From the human T2T-CHM13v2.0 reference genome, Homo sapiens: a stretch of DNA of 64,000 nt. The notes under the pieces were generated by a model. It was given only the letters and a program-made list of their open reading frames with translations, searched no databases and was not told the DNA's origin. Position numbers and translations under genes: made by a program. Location: NCBI RefSeq assembly GCF_009914755.1, contig NC_060925.1; one strand, given 5' to 3'. Of the stretch, positions 62,238 through 64,000 are shown piece by piece; the stretch's first letter is position 1, and each line of letters opens with the position of its first letter.

Positions 62238-63733
62238 CAGCCACAGTGACTCTTTGTGTGTCAGCCAAGCAGAGCAGCTGTGTGGAGTGGCAGAAGGGGC
62301 CCAAGACAATCTGAAATGGAGGCTTTGACCAGGACAGAACGTCTGGAGCCCTGTGGTCCGCCTACGGCAGATCTAGGGTGTCCTCACGTGTGGGCGGTGG
62401 GAGTGGATCTCAGCCATGGCTGGGTCCCCTAGGGATGTGAGACTGCAGAACTCGCCCTGGGCCCTGAACCTCTCAGTCACAGCAAGGAGAGGATTCTAGC
62501 CTCAAGCCACCAGTGTTCTCAGCAGAAGGGGCAGAGCCCTGCAGGCCTGGCCTTGTGTGTCTGTGGAGCCGGGACCCATGGCCCGGTGTGGCTGGTGGCG
62601 TGGTGTGGCGTGTTCAGGTGCTCGGGGCCTTGAAGGGCCTGGCTCACTTCCGTCAGGGAAAGCACATGGGATAAAGCCGGCCCAGGTGGAGGGCTCGGGC
62701 ACCTTACAGGGAATGCAGGGAAGGACTCTCCCAAGCTCAAGGGCCTTCTCGCCCAGGACTGGTGGGCTCCCCTCACACCACAAGGAGTGAACCCTCAGCC
62801 AGTGAAGGGGCAGGTTCTGGGGGCCAGGCACAGCCATCTGGATGCCAGTGCCTGAAGCAGGTAGCTCCGGTCACAGGCACAAGTGTTGTAGACCTTTGCG
62901 GAGAGGCCGGGCCTCCATGCACCTCCAGCGGTGTCGACAGAGCACAGACAGCTTCCAAGGCATGGAGGCACCACACTACCAGGCTTGCCAGGACACCCCA
63001 GAGGGGCACAGACTTCGGGCTCTGTCACATGGCTGTGTAGCATGTTGGAGAGACACAGAGACCACAGGCGCCCGGGGGCTAATCTGTGTCCTCCTCAGAC
63101 CGGTGGCTGAAGAGCAGATGACCAGAGTGGACCCCTGCCGGCTGCCTGAGGCAGTTGCTTCCAGAAGTGGGCGAGTTCCGGGAAAGCTTCAGGTGGTGGG
63201 TGCCCTGCTGGACCCCCTCTGGTGCCTGCTAAGAGGGCACCCTTGCATGCTGGAAGTTTCCACCGGACCCTGAAGCCCCAAGGATGCTCCGAGCTGCAGT
63301 TCCCCAGGGGGCGTCCAGGGGATGAAGCTGAGCACTCTGAGGCTCCAGTCTCCATCTGGTGGGCTGGGAAGCCACCCAGCCTCAGTGCACAGGAGACAGT
63401 GGCCCTCGTCTGTCCCTGTGATCCATGGCTATCTCCTGCATGCAGGGCATGTCCGGGTGGACGGTTCCTTCATGTATTCAGTTAGTTGTTTCTTATCTGC
63501 TGGACCCATGCACCAGGGCACCTGCTGCGTGGGGTTCCTGCTTGCATCATGAACACAGGGTGACAGTCAAGGTGGAGGGCGGCACCCTCCTCTCTCCCAG
63601 CAGCAGGCTCCTTACTCCCTGTCTGCCCTGGGCCCTGGCCGCCGGAGCAGCAGGAACTGATGAGAAGCAGGAGCTTGGATGATTTTGTGGGAGATTTTTA
63701 GGCAGCTGATTTTGTGTCTTTTTTCTCCAGCTA

Positions 63734-64000
<267 letters not shown>

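Overview
Human genomic DNA (AluJ/S/Y, L1M, MaLR and HERV-L repeats) from inside the obscurin gene, OBSCN, on the + strand. The first ~15.9 kb is an exon-free, transposon-filled intron. From 15967 to 61695 I resolve 33 GT-AG coding exons, totalling 8421 nt (2807 codons), which encode 31 tandem Ig I-set domains. Every domain boundary is a phase-1 intron. The first 11 exons (15967-46347) are near-identical copies, ten of 276 nt and one of 297 nt. They arose by tandem duplication of exon plus intron, and the flanks show mosaic similarity consistent with gene conversion. The most unusual non-exonic feature is a young, CpG-rich ~580-bp retrocopy of an unidentified transcript 3' end (42363-42941; 16-bp TSD, AATAAA, poly-A) inserted sense to OBSCN. 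Also notable: an LTR-less HERV-L pol/dUTPase fragment that replaced host sequence, a sense/antisense Alu chimera marking a probable deletion, an exon with a 21-nt internal duplication, and a skippable half-Ig exon. Exon letters are my own labels, and repeat subfamily names and repeat boundaries are approximate. I see no prokaryote-type systems, RNA genes or CRISPR arrays.
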